A stretch of DNA of 64,000 nt from a virus (IMGVR_UViG_3300020370_000002:18806-82805); one strand, 5' to 3'; shown: positions 20,233 to 30,763, counted from the stretch's first letter. Notes: generated by a model not told the origin, from the letters alone. Made by a program: numbers and translations.

Positions 20233-21991
20233 AGGCCAAACAGCCTTCGTCGTCCATACTCTCAAAGATATACTGTCGGAGAGCTTCATCAGATACTGTT
20301 TCGGCTCTCTTTATTGCTTCACTTCTTAAATAGTACAGAGTTTTTACTTTTTTCTTCCATGCCATCATATGAATAGCATGAAGTTCTTGTTTTGAAACAT
20401 TTGCAGGAAAGAAGATATTTAAAGACTGACTTTGACAAATTTCTTTTTGTCTGTCTGATGCCATTTCTATTATCCATCTCTGGTCTATTTCTACAGCGGT
20501 CTTAAAGACATCTCTAGTCCAATCATCCAAAAAATCAAGATGCTGAACAGAACCATTGTTTGTAATAATACTTTTCCATACTTCATCAGTATCTTCTCCT
20601 ATTTCTTGTAGTATGTGTTCAAGGTATTCATTCTTTAAAAGAGATGATCCCGATTTTGTTTTCTGCGTAAATGCATTAGCGCGGTATGGCTCGATACTAG
20701 GAGAAGTATTCCCACAGATAATAGAACTGCTAGCATTGGGAGCCACAGCCAAAAGATGAACATTTCGAACACCCTCGCCAATAGCATCAGGGGCTTCACC
20801 ACGCTCCACAGCCAAAGTTGTTGTAGCATTTACTGCCTCCGATTTTATATGTCTAAACATTCTTGCATTATGGCTTTTTGCGATTGCACTCTCAAAAGGC
20901 ACATTATGTCTTTGTAAGTAGGCATGGAAGCCCATTGCTCCCAGTCCAAGACTTCTTTCCATTTCAGCACTATATTTTGCTTTTGATAACGTGTCGGGTG
21001 CATTTTCCACAAAGTAAGAGATTACATTGTCTAGCATCCGTATAAGGTCTGGAATAAAGTTCTCATCATTCTTCCACTCGTCATACTCTTCAAGATTTAC
21101 ACTTGATAGACAGCATACTGCTGTTCTCTCTTCGTTTGTTGCAAGCGTAATCTCTGAGCACAAATTAGAGTGGTGAACCCGTAACCCCTGCTCTAACTGG
21201 TATAAGGGGAGAGCTTCTTGTACTGTATTCTTAAATACAATATACGGCTCACCAGTTTCTACTCTATTTTGTATTAGCTTTACCCATAATGTCTTTGCAG
21301 ACACGGTTTTAACAACTTTTTTTGTATGTGGGTCTATAAGATCCCATGAATCGTTAAAACCAGGCTCTCTTGTAGCCTGCTCAATTAGCCCCATAAACCT
21401 ATCGCTAAGGAGAACACCATGATGCAAATTAACAGACTTTCTATTAACATCGCCTCCTGTGGGCTTACGTACGTCCAAGAACTCTTCGATCTCAGGGTGA
21501 GATATATCCAAATACGCCGCATAACTTCCTCTCCTAGTTACTCCTTGTGAAAACGCCAACATTTCTGCGTCAACAACTTTCATGAATGGTATGACTCCTG
21601 TGCTCTCAGAGCCGTTAGATGTTTTTGAGCCTACAGAGCGAATAGCTGACCAAGAGCCACCAACGCCACCACCAACACTGGAAAGAAAAGCATTTTCTGT
21701 GTAGTGGCTCGTGATTCCCTCTCTGCTGTCCTCAACATAATTAAGAAAACAACTAATAGGCAAGCCGCGAGTTGTTCCGCCATTAGAGAGTATAGGAGTA
21801 GAAAACATAAACCAAAGTTTACTAGCATAATCATAGAGCCTCTGTGCATGCGCTTCATTATCTGAAAAAGCTTTTGCAGCTCGCGCAAAAGCATCCTGAG
21901 GAGATGTTTCTCCTTCGATTAAATATCTATCTTGTAGAGTTTTGTGACTAAACTCTGACAGATAGTTGTCTCTCTTGTAATCAATTAACAC
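20222..21991 (-). CDS. nrdA: Ribonucleotide reductase class Ia alpha subunit (no ATP cone apparent)
   Basis: PISCF, SNLCSEI, APNASSS, KTLYYLRS, C-terminal CLACEG. Confidence 0.97.
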   Translation of the reverse strand: MLIDYKRDNYLSEFSHKTLQDRYLIEGETSPQDAFARAAKAFSDNEAHAQRLYDYASKLWFMFSTPILSNGGTTRGLPISCFLNYVEDSREGITSHYTENAFLSSVGGGVGGSWSAIRSVGSKTSNGSESTGVIPFMKVVDAEMLAFSQGVTRRGSYAAYLDISHPEIEEFLDVRKPTGGDVNRKSVNLHHGVLLSDRFMGLIEQATREPGFNDSWDLIDPHTKKVVKTVSAKTLWVKLIQNRVETGEPYIVFKNTVQEALPLYQLEQGLRVHHSNLCSEITLATNEERTAVCCLSSVNLEEYDEWKNDENFIPDLIRMLDNVISYFVENAPDTLSKAKYSAEMERSLGLGAMGFHAYLQRHNVPFESAIAKSHNARMFRHIKSEAVNATTTLAVERGEAPDAIGEGVRNVHLLAVAPNASSSIICGNTSPSIEPYRANAFTQKTKSGSSLLKNEYLEHILQEIGEDTDEVWKSIITNNGSVQHLDFLDDWTRDVFKTAVEIDQRWIIEMASDRQKEICQSQSLNIFFPANVSKQELHAIHMMAWKKKVKTLYYLRSEAIKRAETVSDEALRQYIFESMDDEGCLACEG

Positions 21992-22809
21992 GCAATTTTC
22001 TCCTCAATCTCTGCAATGTTTTTATTTCCGATTGCATCGTCACAATATGACATTAAATCCATTAGCTCATAGTTTTGCAGTATTCGTTCCCCGCTTGCAT
22101 TAAGTTCTTGGATGTGCTTATATTTACTAGGTATAGGCATAGAGTCATAGATATTCATTGCATCACCATATGCAACAATTAAGTCTTTAGCTCTCTTTGG
22201 ACCAATACCTGTAATTCCTGGAACATTGTCTCCTTTATCTCCTGTGAGGCATTTTAGCGAGATATATTGCTCAGGACTTACTTCATAGTGGTCATACCAG
22301 TTTTGAATTCGTACCTCTTTTCGATTTACATATGAAAATCTGCTTACGCCTTCTTGTATTAGTAAGTCCCAGTCTCGGTCGCTTGATATAAGCCAGACTT
22401 CTCCAAAACCATACTTATCTTTGTTTTTTACTAAGTGTGCGGCAATATCATCTGCTTCTACTCCGTCAAAGCGTAGTAAAGGCAAAAATGCACCAAGCAT
22501 ATCAAGAGTGGCTTGGTACTCTTCGAAAAACTCTTCAAACGCAATTTTTTCTTCTTCCGTCTGAGTCGCATACTTGTCTTTTCTATTCTGTTTATAATCA
22601 GGAAGTATAGCTTTACGGTATGCTGAAGCGCCTCCGTCTGCTGTAAGTATTACGTCCTTACACTTATATGAATCTGCAAGACTATGTATGGTCTTTTCGT
22701 ACTCATATCTAAAATCTGTTCTGCCCTGATGTTTCCATCGGAACGCTAAGTTGAGGGCATCAACTATCATTGTTCCTTCTTTTTTCTGAGAATTAAAACT
22801 AAGTGCCAT
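21985..22809 (-). CDS. Flap endonuclease / 5'-3' exonuclease (T5 D15-like)
   Basis: IVDALNLAFR, YKQNR, GVEADD, SSDRDWD, GDKGDNVPGITGIGPKRA. Confidence 0.95.
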   Translation of the reverse strand: MALSFNSQKKEGTMIVDALNLAFRWKHQGRTDFRYEYEKTIHSLADSYKCKDVILTADGGASAYRKAILPDYKQNRKDKYATQTEEEKIAFEEFFEEYQATLDMLGAFLPLLRFDGVEADDIAAHLVKNKDKYGFGEVWLISSDRDWDLLIQEGVSRFSYVNRKEVRIQNWYDHYEVSPEQYISLKCLTGDKGDNVPGITGIGPKRAKDLIVAYGDAMNIYDSMPIPSKYKHIQELNASGERILQNYELMDLMSYCDDAIGNKNIAEIEEKIAC

Positions 22810-23242
22810 TTATAAATTCTACCTTTTCTTTTTGCAACCATTGTTCTGCAATACAGATATAGCAGTTTAAGTCGCTAATATAAATATAATTTGTATACTC
22901 TGGTTTATCTTCTGTGCCTACATATATCTTTGATCTATTATATTTGAAAAAGAGCAAAGGACGCTGTTTTCCTGCGATTGCCTGTACAGTTACTTTTTTC
23001 CACCATCGTATTAAATTATTTGTTTTTAACTGAGAAAGTATTTTATCTGTCAAAGGAGTTTCTGCATAGTTTTTTACTTCGATACAGAAATGATTCTTTT
23101 CATTTGGAACATATAAATCTCCTTTTAAATATTCCAAAGCTCCTGACATGGGTACTCGTTCAAACTGAAGATTTGTATATTCTCTTAGTAAGTCTCTTAC
23201 TAAATACTCTCCGCGAGCACCTTTTGCTCTGCTATCTACCAT
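22799..23242 (-). CDS. Holliday junction resolvase-like PD-(D/E)xK nuclease (T5 D14-like)
   Basis: SRAKGARGE, RVPMSGA, GDL, IEVKNY. Confidence 0.85.
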   Translation of the reverse strand: MVDSRAKGARGEYLVRDLLREYTNLQFERVPMSGALEYLKGDLYVPNEKNHFCIEVKNYAETPLTDKILSQLKTNNLIRWWKKVTVQAIAGKQRPLLFFKYNRSKIYVGTEDKPEYTNYIYISDLNCYICIAEQWLQKEKVEFINGT

Positions 23243-23490
23243 TCAGTTTTCTGCCATCTATCCTTGTATAGCTCGTCCTCAGGGTAGGCATAGCCTATCC
23301 CATTTAAGGCAGCTAGTTTATCTTTGTACTCGGCAATCTTTCCAAGTTCTTCTTCTATTGTTGCCATCGTATCAGGGTGTTCTGCCACACCTACTGGGTT
23401 TTTCATAAAAACCTGTGCATTGATTGTGTGTTTTGCAATCTGCCCTTCCAGATACTTTTCCATGTGTTCTTTTATAACATTATATGCCAT
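23236..23490 (-). CDS. Hypothetical protein
   Basis: NPVGVAEHPD...IEEEL motif; coupled ORF. Confidence 0.6.
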   Translation of the reverse strand: MAYNVIKEHMEKYLEGQIAKHTINAQVFMKNPVGVAEHPDTMATIEEELGKIAEYKDKLAALNGIGYAYPEDELYKDRWQKTEW

Positions 23491-23705
23491 TAAAACCTTC
23501 CCATTCTGTTTAGCATTCTTTGATACTCTAGCCTTATCTTTGCTTCGGCTTCGCTTCGTTCCATCAAGTAACATTCTCTTCTACCTCCGAAAGTTTCGCA
23601 TATCTCTATGTACTCTGTCGAGTTGAAGCTTGATGTTCCTTTTGTAGGAATTAATTTACCGCTAGTACAACCTGTTAATAATAATAAAATTAATAAGTGT
23701 CTCAT
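23490..23705 (-). CDS. Small lipoprotein
   Basis: Lipobox LTGC. Confidence 0.6.
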   Translation of the reverse strand: MRHLLILLLLTGCTSGKLIPTKGTSSFNSTEYIEICETFGGRRECYLMERSEAEAKIRLEYQRMLNRMGRF

Positions 23706-25495
23706 TCGAGTCTACTAATGTTCTCCCTTTTAACTACTTCTTTCTTTTCAAGAAGTGGGTGAGTCCAACCGTGTGAAACTATGTAAGTATTTAAATCTTC
23801 GCTAAGAAGAACCTCTACTAGCTTCTCACGCCCTGTATCATCTAATACTGCGATGACTTCATCTAAGAAAAGTATGTTAAGTCGAGACTTCGAGATGCTA
23901 CTCATTAGCTTTCGAATAGCAATCAACGTGGCAGTATTCACTCTTGCTAACTCTCCTGAAGAAAGTGCGAGAATATCTACTATTTTGCCATCATCTTCAA
24001 CCTGTACATTTAACTTATCATTAGATACTACAAATTCAAGAGTAAACCTTCCATCAGAAAGCTCTGCTAGATAGGTGTTCGCCAATTCTTCTAACTCTTT
24101 TACAAGATTTTCGATCTTATAGGCAAGAAGTCCGTTTGTACTAAAGGACTTTTTTAATATTTCAAGATTCGACAGCAGGGCTTCCTGTTTTATGAGAACG
24201 TCCTGAAATTCTGCCAGTTCTAAAAGAAAAGCATTTGTTTGTTCTTGAATTACTTGGATTCGAGTGTTGTGCTTTGTTCTTCTTTCATTTTCCTTTGCTG
24301 TGTTCTCCAGTTCGCTCTTTCGTTCAAGTAACTGCGCACGAACGCTTTGTAACCGACTATCGAGCTCTTCTTTATCCAAAAGAGCCGTAGGAAGATCCCG
24401 ATCAATACTCTGCCAAAGTTCCTTCCAATCGTTTTCCAACTTTTTTGTTTCGTCAAATCTTTTGTTGTCATTCTTAATTCGTCTAATTTCTTCTGTAATC
24501 CGTTCAATTTCTTTCTCCGCATCTATTGCTTTTCGTGTTTCCGCCGCTACAAGTGACTGTTTGAAGGTCGGATCTACCTCCTGTTCGCACGTAGGACATA
24601 TATCCCCTAATTTATTCAACTTTTCTACAAGTCGTTGAGACCCCGCTGCGACTTGAGAGTGCTCTCCCATTTTTGTCTGTAAAGAGTCATACGACTTTCT
24701 TTCAGTTACAGACGGGTTTTGTACTTCTTGTAAATTAATTTGACCTAATAAGGTTCTCAACTGATTATTTTTTGAGATTTTTTTATTTTTTTCCGAAATA
24801 TTTTCAATTTCTTTCGTAAGATATCGGAATTGCTTCTCATCTTCATCCGAAGAAATTGGTAAATCTAACATGGGAAGTATGTTAGTATCCCCTAATTTGT
24901 TATCTACTAACCATTTTTCTATCGTATCGAGCTTTGCTTGTACTCCGTTAATTTCCAAAGAAGCAACTCTAGCAGCCTCTTTAAAAATATCAAATAGCTG
25001 GACATAGTTTTCAAGGTGTAGCAAATCGATCAAAAACTTTTTTCTGTTTGTATCTGTAGCGGTTAGAAACTGTAAACTCGCATTTGTATTTTGATACACT
25101 AACTGAGAAAAAGTTTTGAAATCTACACCGATAGTATCTTGTATGGTTTTGTATGTGTTTGTAGCTGTATGACTGGAGATATCCTCTCCGTTCTTTTCAA
25201 GCTTTACTTTTACACTTGTCTTTCTATCAATACTAACTACATAAGTATCTTCGTCTTTAGTAAAAACTAATCGTATATTATAGCCTTTACCTATATATCT
25301 ATTTGGTATATCTGCTTTTTTGATTCCTTTGGAATTTTTGTTGTACAGCGCCTCCTCTATAATTAGAGGTATAGAGGATTTGCCAGTACCATTTGTTCCA
25401 ATGATTTGAGTTACAGTATTGTTATCAAGAAGTAACTCGTTGTTAGAACCATAGCTAAAGCAGTTATTCCACTGTAGCTGTTTTAGAGTAATCAT
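23702..25495 (-). CDS. SbcC/Rad50-like recombination ATPase (T5 D13-like)
   Basis: GTNGTGKSS, zinc hook CPTC, LSSGE, LFLDE. Confidence 0.95.
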   Translation of the reverse strand: MITLKQLQWNNCFSYGSNNELLLDNNTVTQIIGTNGTGKSSIPLIIEEALYNKNSKGIKKADIPNRYIGKGYNIRLVFTKDEDTYVVSIDRKTSVKVKLEKNGEDISSHTATNTYKTIQDTIGVDFKTFSQLVYQNTNASLQFLTATDTNRKKFLIDLLHLENYVQLFDIFKEAARVASLEINGVQAKLDTIEKWLVDNKLGDTNILPMLDLPISSDEDEKQFRYLTKEIENISEKNKKISKNNQLRTLLGQINLQEVQNPSVTERKSYDSLQTKMGEHSQVAAGSQRLVEKLNKLGDICPTCEQEVDPTFKQSLVAAETRKAIDAEKEIERITEEIRRIKNDNKRFDETKKLENDWKELWQSIDRDLPTALLDKEELDSRLQSVRAQLLERKSELENTAKENERRTKHNTRIQVIQEQTNAFLLELAEFQDVLIKQEALLSNLEILKKSFSTNGLLAYKIENLVKELEELANTYLAELSDGRFTLEFVVSNDKLNVQVEDDGKIVDILALSSGELARVNTATLIAIRKLMSSISKSRLNILFLDEVIAVLDDTGREKLVEVLLSEDLNTYIVSHGWTHPLLEKKEVVKRENISRLE

Positions 25496-26423
25496 TAAAT
25501 GTTCCTATTATACTAGATATTTTATCTTTAGGAAGCTCTAGTATGTATTCCAGATACTCTGCTAGTTCTTCTCCTACACTCATTTCTTTATCGAGAACAA
25601 GGGTTGCTTCCGTACTTCGTTTCACAACTTTCTTATCTAAAAGTTCTGAGTTTTTTACTTTCGAGAGGTCTTGTATATCGCCTTCCAACTCATAAATTGT
25701 GTGATGATAGTCGCTTGGAATCATCTCTTCAGCACTACTTACAGTCTTTCTCAGAAGCTGTGGTAAATAGAACTTATCCCACATCCAAGACCAATCTTTA
25801 TCATTTATAAGTAAATACCCTGTTTCTACCTCATTTCTATGAAATGAAGTAGTCATAGGACTTCCTGGGTATACAATATTTCTCTGAGTATTACTATGCG
25901 CATGTAAGTCTCCTGCAAAAACTACAGGAAACTCAGCTAAGCGATCTAAATCTACTTCTGGTTTTACATGGGGAGGAATCTCTCCCCGCACATGAGTAAA
26001 TAAAGGCATAGAAGTTTTAAATGTTTCTATACTGTCTTCTCGGTGTAAGTCCGCATAAGGAAGCACACTAAACCCTTTATCTGTATCCACATAAGAAAAA
26101 TCGACAACATGAATCAAAGGATTTATGTCTCTACTTACTTGCTTTAATTGAGTAAAGAAAGTTCTATTTTTCTTTGTGGCTTCGTGGTTTCCATCGTAGA
26201 TAAGAGTGGGGATGGTGACTCTTCGTATAAACGAAAAGTACAATTCTAACTCTTCCATAGTCGGAAGACGATCAAAGAGATCGCCTCCGATTATGTGCAT
26301 ATTGCATTGTTTTTCCTGTTCGCTGATTTGCTCGAAAAAAGACTCGTATCTTTTTTTCGCCCAAGCAACTGGGACATTCTTCTGCCCCAGTTTTATGTGC
26401 CAATCGGCTGTAAACAGTATCAC
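25464..26423 (-). CDS. SbcD/Mre11-like nuclease (T5 D12-like)
   Basis: ADWH, GGDLFD, GNHE, GDLH, YPGSP. Confidence 0.95.
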   Translation of the reverse strand: MILFTADWHIKLGQKNVPVAWAKKRYESFFEQISEQEKQCNMHIIGGDLFDRLPTMEELELYFSFIRRVTIPTLIYDGNHEATKKNRTFFTQLKQVSRDINPLIHVVDFSYVDTDKGFSVLPYADLHREDSIETFKTSMPLFTHVRGEIPPHVKPEVDLDRLAEFPVVFAGDLHAHSNTQRNIVYPGSPMTTSFHRNEVETGYLLINDKDWSWMWDKFYLPQLLRKTVSSAEEMIPSDYHHTIYELEGDIQDLSKVKNSELLDKKVVKRSTEATLVLDKEMSVGEELAEYLEYILELPKDKISSIIGTFNDYSKTATVE

Positions 26424-27046
26424 GCTACGTTAAACTCTGCTTCAAGGGTTTCGTCAATCTCAGAGACAGTCTCTTGGCGTATGCGGTCAAGAAGCTCTTT
26501 CTGAGCGTCAGGAGTAGGACGAGGCATCACGTCATCCATGGACTTTACATCCGCAGCAAGAGCCGCGTCAGAGTCCGAAAGTGCACTAGGCTTGCACTTT
26601 AGAGGTTGTAACTGGTATTCCACATTATAGGGAAGAGGACCAGTTTTAACTCTCTTAAATTTGATTTCCCATCCAGTCTCAGGATCGGTAGGATCGCCTA
26701 AATCCTCTGCGGCAGTTATGATTTGCTCCCACAGCTTCTTTTTTAGATTAACAACTTTTACTTCACCGTTGTCAATGCACTGAGTTGCATAGCTCCAACC
26801 ACACTTGAGGTCGGGGTAGTATTCACGAACCCAATCCTTCTCTTTGTTGTTGAACGCTTCTGCATTGCGATCAAAAGACAGACACTCCAAAGGAATGTTC
26901 TTGTCGTTTTCGCCTTTGACCCAGTACACATAGCGAGCAAGAATGTCGCCTACGAGACGAAAAGAGTTGTCACCGTCTTTGTACTGAAATGTGCTGATAG
27001 AGGTTTTTTGAGCAGATCCCTTCTGCTGATTAAATGATATTGCCAT
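26420..27046 (-). CDS. Putative ssDNA-binding protein (T5 D11-like)
   Basis: RLVGDILARYVYW, GDPTDPETGW, NVEYQL; acidic C-terminus; T5 synteny. Confidence 0.8.
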   Translation of the reverse strand: MAISFNQQKGSAQKTSISTFQYKDGDNSFRLVGDILARYVYWVKGENDKNIPLECLSFDRNAEAFNNKEKDWVREYYPDLKCGWSYATQCIDNGEVKVVNLKKKLWEQIITAAEDLGDPTDPETGWEIKFKRVKTGPLPYNVEYQLQPLKCKPSALSDSDAALAADVKSMDDVMPRPTPDAQKELLDRIRQETVSEIDETLEAEFNVA

Positions 27047-27047
27047 T

Positions 27048-27449
27048 TTAATGTATCTCCATTGGGGCTTCTTCGTATAGAAAGTGAAGTTGATCACTAT
27101 CTACATAAAGTAGTCTAGGGTTGTCTAAAAATATAAAAGGATCTATTGTTAAATGCAATAAATCCAATGAAAGTTTGCCGTGTGCAGCATACTCGGCGTA
27201 TGAACGTGCACTGGCCATTGCTACGTAAATACAGATGTCTTTGTATGAATACTGATACGCATTATACAATAAAACATCTGGGTGTAGTAGAAAGGAGTCA
27301 CCACGGAAATCAATATGAGAATATTTATATATTTTATCATACTGGTTTACTGGTAGTTCTTTTTCTACTAACATTTTTAAAACTCGCAAGACCTCGGAAG
27401 TATTTCCTCTGCAAGTTTCATAAATCTTTTTCCAATCGTAGAATAACAT
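27048..27449 (-). CDS. Conserved T5-like hypothetical protein
   Basis: Position between D10 and D11 as in T5. Confidence 0.6.
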   Translation of the reverse strand: MLFYDWKKIYETCRGNTSEVLRVLKMLVEKELPVNQYDKIYKYSHIDFRGDSFLLHPDVLLYNAYQYSYKDICIYVAMASARSYAEYAAHGKLSLDLLHLTIDPFIFLDNPRLLYVDSDQLHFLYEEAPMEIH

Positions 27450-27478
27450 ATTATATCAAAAATTATAACTCATGTCAA
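27450..27478 (-). promoter_or_regulatory. Sigma70-type promoter
   Basis: TTGACA-17-TATAAT. Confidence 0.8.
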
Positions 27479-27489
27479 GTATTATTTTT

Positions 27490-28773
27490 TTAAAGTTCCT
27501 GTATCTGGTAACCCTGTTTCATATAGTATCCCATCCTGTTGGAAGCCTGCCTGCGTGCAGTATTCCCTTTCAAGTGTACGTCTATAACGAGAGGGTCTTT
27601 CTTATCTTTCTTCTGTCTTATCACTCTGCCGATTAACTGAGTGAGTAGAGGCTCGTTATTCACTGGCGTACCTAAAATGAGGCAACTCAAGTCGTCTAGT
27701 GAGATGCCTTCTGAGAAAATAGCTTGTGTACCGAATAAAATATCTGCTTTTCCGTTTGAAATCTTAGACATGAGTGTTTTTCTCTCCTCATGCGGCACCT
27801 CACCCGTAACACAAACAGCTCTATCACCTGCCAGTTCGGCGCAGACCTGCAAAAAATGCACACGATCACTTACTACGAGCACTTTGTGCCCTTTCTTTGC
27901 GTAAAATGCGGCTAAAAGTGCAATGCTGTGCAGATATTCTTCATTGTAGGCTAAGTTTGTTACTTTATTTGCCCAAGGAATGTTACTTCCGTCCATAAAT
28001 CGTACTTCCGAGCGGTATACAAGTATGCTCGGAGTCATATAGTTTTCTTTTGGAGGTTTGATTACTTTTTGTCCAAAGTAATCACGAAATACTACGTGTT
28101 TGCCATCTTTTCTTTCTATAGTGCCCGATAGGCCGATCTTATATCTTGCATAATTTGAGTCTATGACTTTAGAAAACGTTGGAGACGAGACATGATGCAT
28201 TTCGTCCAAGATGACGGTTCCAAATTCTCGACGTATATCTGGAATGCGACGGTACAGACTTTGAGTGTTCCCAATAACCACAGGACTGTCAATGTCCATT
28301 TTACCACTTCCAATAATACCTGCTGTAATTCCATATACTTTTTCTACCTCTGCCGCCCACTGGTTTCTTAGTGGAACTGTGTGTACAACTATAAGTGTTT
28401 TCTGCCCTAGTTTGCCAGCTATTGCAAGACCTGTAAAAGTCTTTCCCCAACTGACCCAAGCGTTTATTATACAGTTGTCATCAACTTCGTCAAAAGCATC
28501 CTTTTGGCTTGGTCGTAACTCAAACTTAAAGTCAGGAAAGTCGACTGGCTTTGTTATACGCTTATTGACTATTTCGTAGTCATCTGGGATTAGATCCATT
28601 CGTCCAATCGGAATACTAACTAAGTTACTCTTAATACGTGCCATATTCTTAATAACTATAGGCGGATCTTTCCGATTGAACGAAGGAATCGTATATGTCA
28701 GTTCTTTGCTTAAAATGTCTTTATATTTATCTGTTACTTCAAGATAAATACGGTTACTGACTACTGCTTTCAT
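27490..28773 (-). CDS. Superfamily 2 helicase (T5 D10-like)
   Basis: SWGKT, DEMHH, GLSGT, QLIGRVIR. Confidence 0.93.
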   Translation of the reverse strand: MKAVVSNRIYLEVTDKYKDILSKELTYTIPSFNRKDPPIVIKNMARIKSNLVSIPIGRMDLIPDDYEIVNKRITKPVDFPDFKFELRPSQKDAFDEVDDNCIINAWVSWGKTFTGLAIAGKLGQKTLIVVHTVPLRNQWAAEVEKVYGITAGIIGSGKMDIDSPVVIGNTQSLYRRIPDIRREFGTVILDEMHHVSSPTFSKVIDSNYARYKIGLSGTIERKDGKHVVFRDYFGQKVIKPPKENYMTPSILVYRSEVRFMDGSNIPWANKVTNLAYNEEYLHSIALLAAFYAKKGHKVLVVSDRVHFLQVCAELAGDRAVCVTGEVPHEERKTLMSKISNGKADILFGTQAIFSEGISLDDLSCLILGTPVNNEPLLTQLIGRVIRQKKDKKDPLVIDVHLKGNTARRQASNRMGYYMKQGYQIQEL

Positions 28774-29423
28774 GCGTACTCTTTTGCTATAATATACTCT
28801 TTTACAAAACCGCTTCGTACAATATCCTCTACCCCAAACTCTATAAAATCAAATCGATTCATAGAAGCTAGAATCTCAAAAAACTCCTTCATTCCGTTCT
28901 GTTTTAGATCGGATTGTGAGAAGTCTCCGCAGAATATCACTCTACAGTTTTCCCCGACTCTTGTTATGATAGAGTCTAATTCATGAAAACTCATATTTTG
29001 ACACTCATCTATAAGTATAACTGCATCTCTGAGTGTGATACCTCTTATGTAAGAAGTAGTCATAAAATGCACTAATCTTTTAGTTTTAAGTATCTGGTAT
29101 GCGTCTCCTCTTGCAAACAAATCAATAGATATGTCATAGTAAGGCTCTTCATACACTGAGCTTTTTTCTTTTTCAGTTCCTGGTAGAAAACCAATATCCC
29201 TAGTAGGAACTGCACTTCGTATGATTACTAACTTTTCATACTGATTTTTTGTCATATCGTCAAATGCAAGATAACATGATATGAAAGTCTTTCCCGTGCC
29301 TGCACACCCATGCAGAACTAAATTTTTATCACTTTCAAAAGCAACTAATTGATTACGGGTCAAAGGTTCTATCTCTGCTAGTTCTAAACCAGAACCATTC
29401 AGAGTTTTACTACGTTTAGCCAT
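28770..29423 (-). CDS. phoH: PhoH-like ATPase
   Basis: GCAGTGKT, IGFLPG, RGITL, IDECQN, TRVGE, GDFSQSD, IVRS. Confidence 0.95.
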   Translation of the reverse strand: MAKRSKTLNGSGLELAEIEPLTRNQLVAFESDKNLVLHGCAGTGKTFISCYLAFDDMTKNQYEKLVIIRSAVPTRDIGFLPGTEKEKSSVYEEPYYDISIDLFARGDAYQILKTKRLVHFMTTSYIRGITLRDAVILIDECQNMSFHELDSIITRVGENCRVIFCGDFSQSDLKQNGMKEFFEILASMNRFDFIEFGVEDIVRSGFVKEYIIAKEYA

Positions 29424-29426
29424 AGT

Positions 29427-29921
29427 TTATATTTTCCTGCGAGTATCCTTGAGTTTTTCTTCAGAATACTCATATAGCAGCCAAGGTATATCGTTTAGAT
29501 GTAAAATACCTGCCCAAGTTCTTCCGTCCTCTGGAGGTCTCGGAATCGTAAACGGAAAGTTTATTCCTTTGACCCATAAAATTGAGGCGACCTCTTTTCT
29601 CTCAACCTTTCTGATTTTGTAATACTTAAGTTTACACATCAAGGTCTTGTCATAGATAAAAGGATCGCCTTTTGAGTCAATAAAATTTTTTCCCGCTTGT
29701 TTTATTATGCCGATATGGCTGATAAGAGCGTTTCGCAGAGGAAACAGATTCTTAAAAGGAGTCTGTAGTCTGCGAATACCCAAAGTTTGCCCAGGCATAT
29801 TCTTATCGTCTAGTAACTGATCGTCTAAGAATAGCAGTCCGTCAGAATAACTCCAGTTGCTTCCAGTAATCTTGAAAACTGGGAAAGTTACGCTTTGAAC
29901 GTCCCTGTATGTAACTATCAA
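29427..29921 (-). CDS. Conserved T5-like hypothetical protein
   Basis: LDDKNMPG.TLGIRRLQ; in T5 this gene lies downstream of pol. Confidence 0.65.
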   Translation of the reverse strand: MIVTYRDVQSVTFPVFKITGSNWSYSDGLLFLDDQLLDDKNMPGQTLGIRRLQTPFKNLFPLRNALISHIGIIKQAGKNFIDSKGDPFIYDKTLMCKLKYYKIRKVERKEVASILWVKGINFPFTIPRPPEDGRTWAGILHLNDIPWLLYEYSEEKLKDTRRKI

Positions 29922-30069
29922 CTACTTCTCCATATGGGGCATAGTATTTTATTTTTATATCTGTTGCTCCCTCTCTTTCTAGCATCTGGCAGTATTCGTA
30001 CCTGCCGAGGGGAGATTTAACTTTGGCTTTGTACTTCTTGCCGTCGTAGTTCCATGCTGCTTTGTACAA
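29842..30069 (-). CDS. Hypothetical protein
   Basis: TTG start with AAGGAG RBS. Confidence 0.5.
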   Translation of the reverse strand: MYKAAWNYDGKKYKAKVKSPLGRYEYCQMLEREGATDIKIKYYAPYGEVVDSYIQGRSKRNFPSFQDYWKQLELF

Positions 30070-30081
30070 CTTTTTCTCCTT

Positions 30082-30390
30082 TTAAATGGTGAAGCTAACG
30101 CCACACCCGCACGCATCCTGTACATTAGGATTGTTTATTGTAAGCGAAGAACCTATGAGTTCTTCATGATAGTCTACTGTGCTTCCATGTACTGCCGTTA
30201 GGGCAGCTTCACCAACAACCACTAGATCATCTACTAATGTAAAGGTTAGTGGGAGTTCATCACAGTAGTCCCAAGTATATTCAAAACCCGCACAGCCACT
30301 AGGCTTCAGGTCTAAGAGTATATACTTCTTATTCTTCTCAATACGTTTACTGTTAAGATACTTCTTGGCACTCGCAGTTATGGTTAACAT
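30082..30390 (-). CDS. iscA: A-type Fe-S carrier (IscA/HesB/ErpA family)
   Basis: SGCAGFEY, NPN...ACGCGVSF. Confidence 0.92.
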   Translation of the reverse strand: MLTITASAKKYLNSKRIEKNKKYILLDLKPSGCAGFEYTWDYCDELPLTFTLVDDLVVVGEAALTAVHGSTVDYHEELIGSSLTINNPNVQDACGCGVSFTI

Positions 30391-30763
30391 TTTTACCCTT
30401 GTAATCCTCTATTGCAGCTTTTATTGCGTCTTCAGCTAAGACACTACAGTGGATCTTGACTGGGGGCAAGGAAAGTTCGTCCGCAATTTCGGTGTTCTTG
30501 ATTTGAAGAGCTGTATCAAGGCTTCGTCCCTTAACCCACTCGGTAAGGAGAGAGCTTGAAGCAATGGCGGATCCACATCCGTAAGTTTTAAACTTAGCAT
30601 CTTCAATGATGTTTTCATTATTGACTCGTATTTGTAGTCGCATAACATCCCCGCAAGCAGGTGCACCAACCATCCCCGTACCCACGGAGTCGTCTCCTTC
30701 GTCAAGTCGCCCAACGTTTCTTGGTCGTTCATAGTGTTCTAATACCTTATCAGAGTATGCCAT
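30353..30763 (-). CDS. iscU: Fe-S scaffold protein IscU
   Basis: MAYSDKVLEHYERPRNVG, GAPACGDVM, FKTYGCGSAIASSS, LPPVKIHCSVLAEDA. Confidence 0.97.
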   Translation of the reverse strand: MAYSDKVLEHYERPRNVGRLDEGDDSVGTGMVGAPACGDVMRLQIRVNNENIIEDAKFKTYGCGSAIASSSLLTEWVKGRSLDTALQIKNTEIADELSLPPVKIHCSVLAEDAIKAAIEDYKGKNVNHNCECQEVS

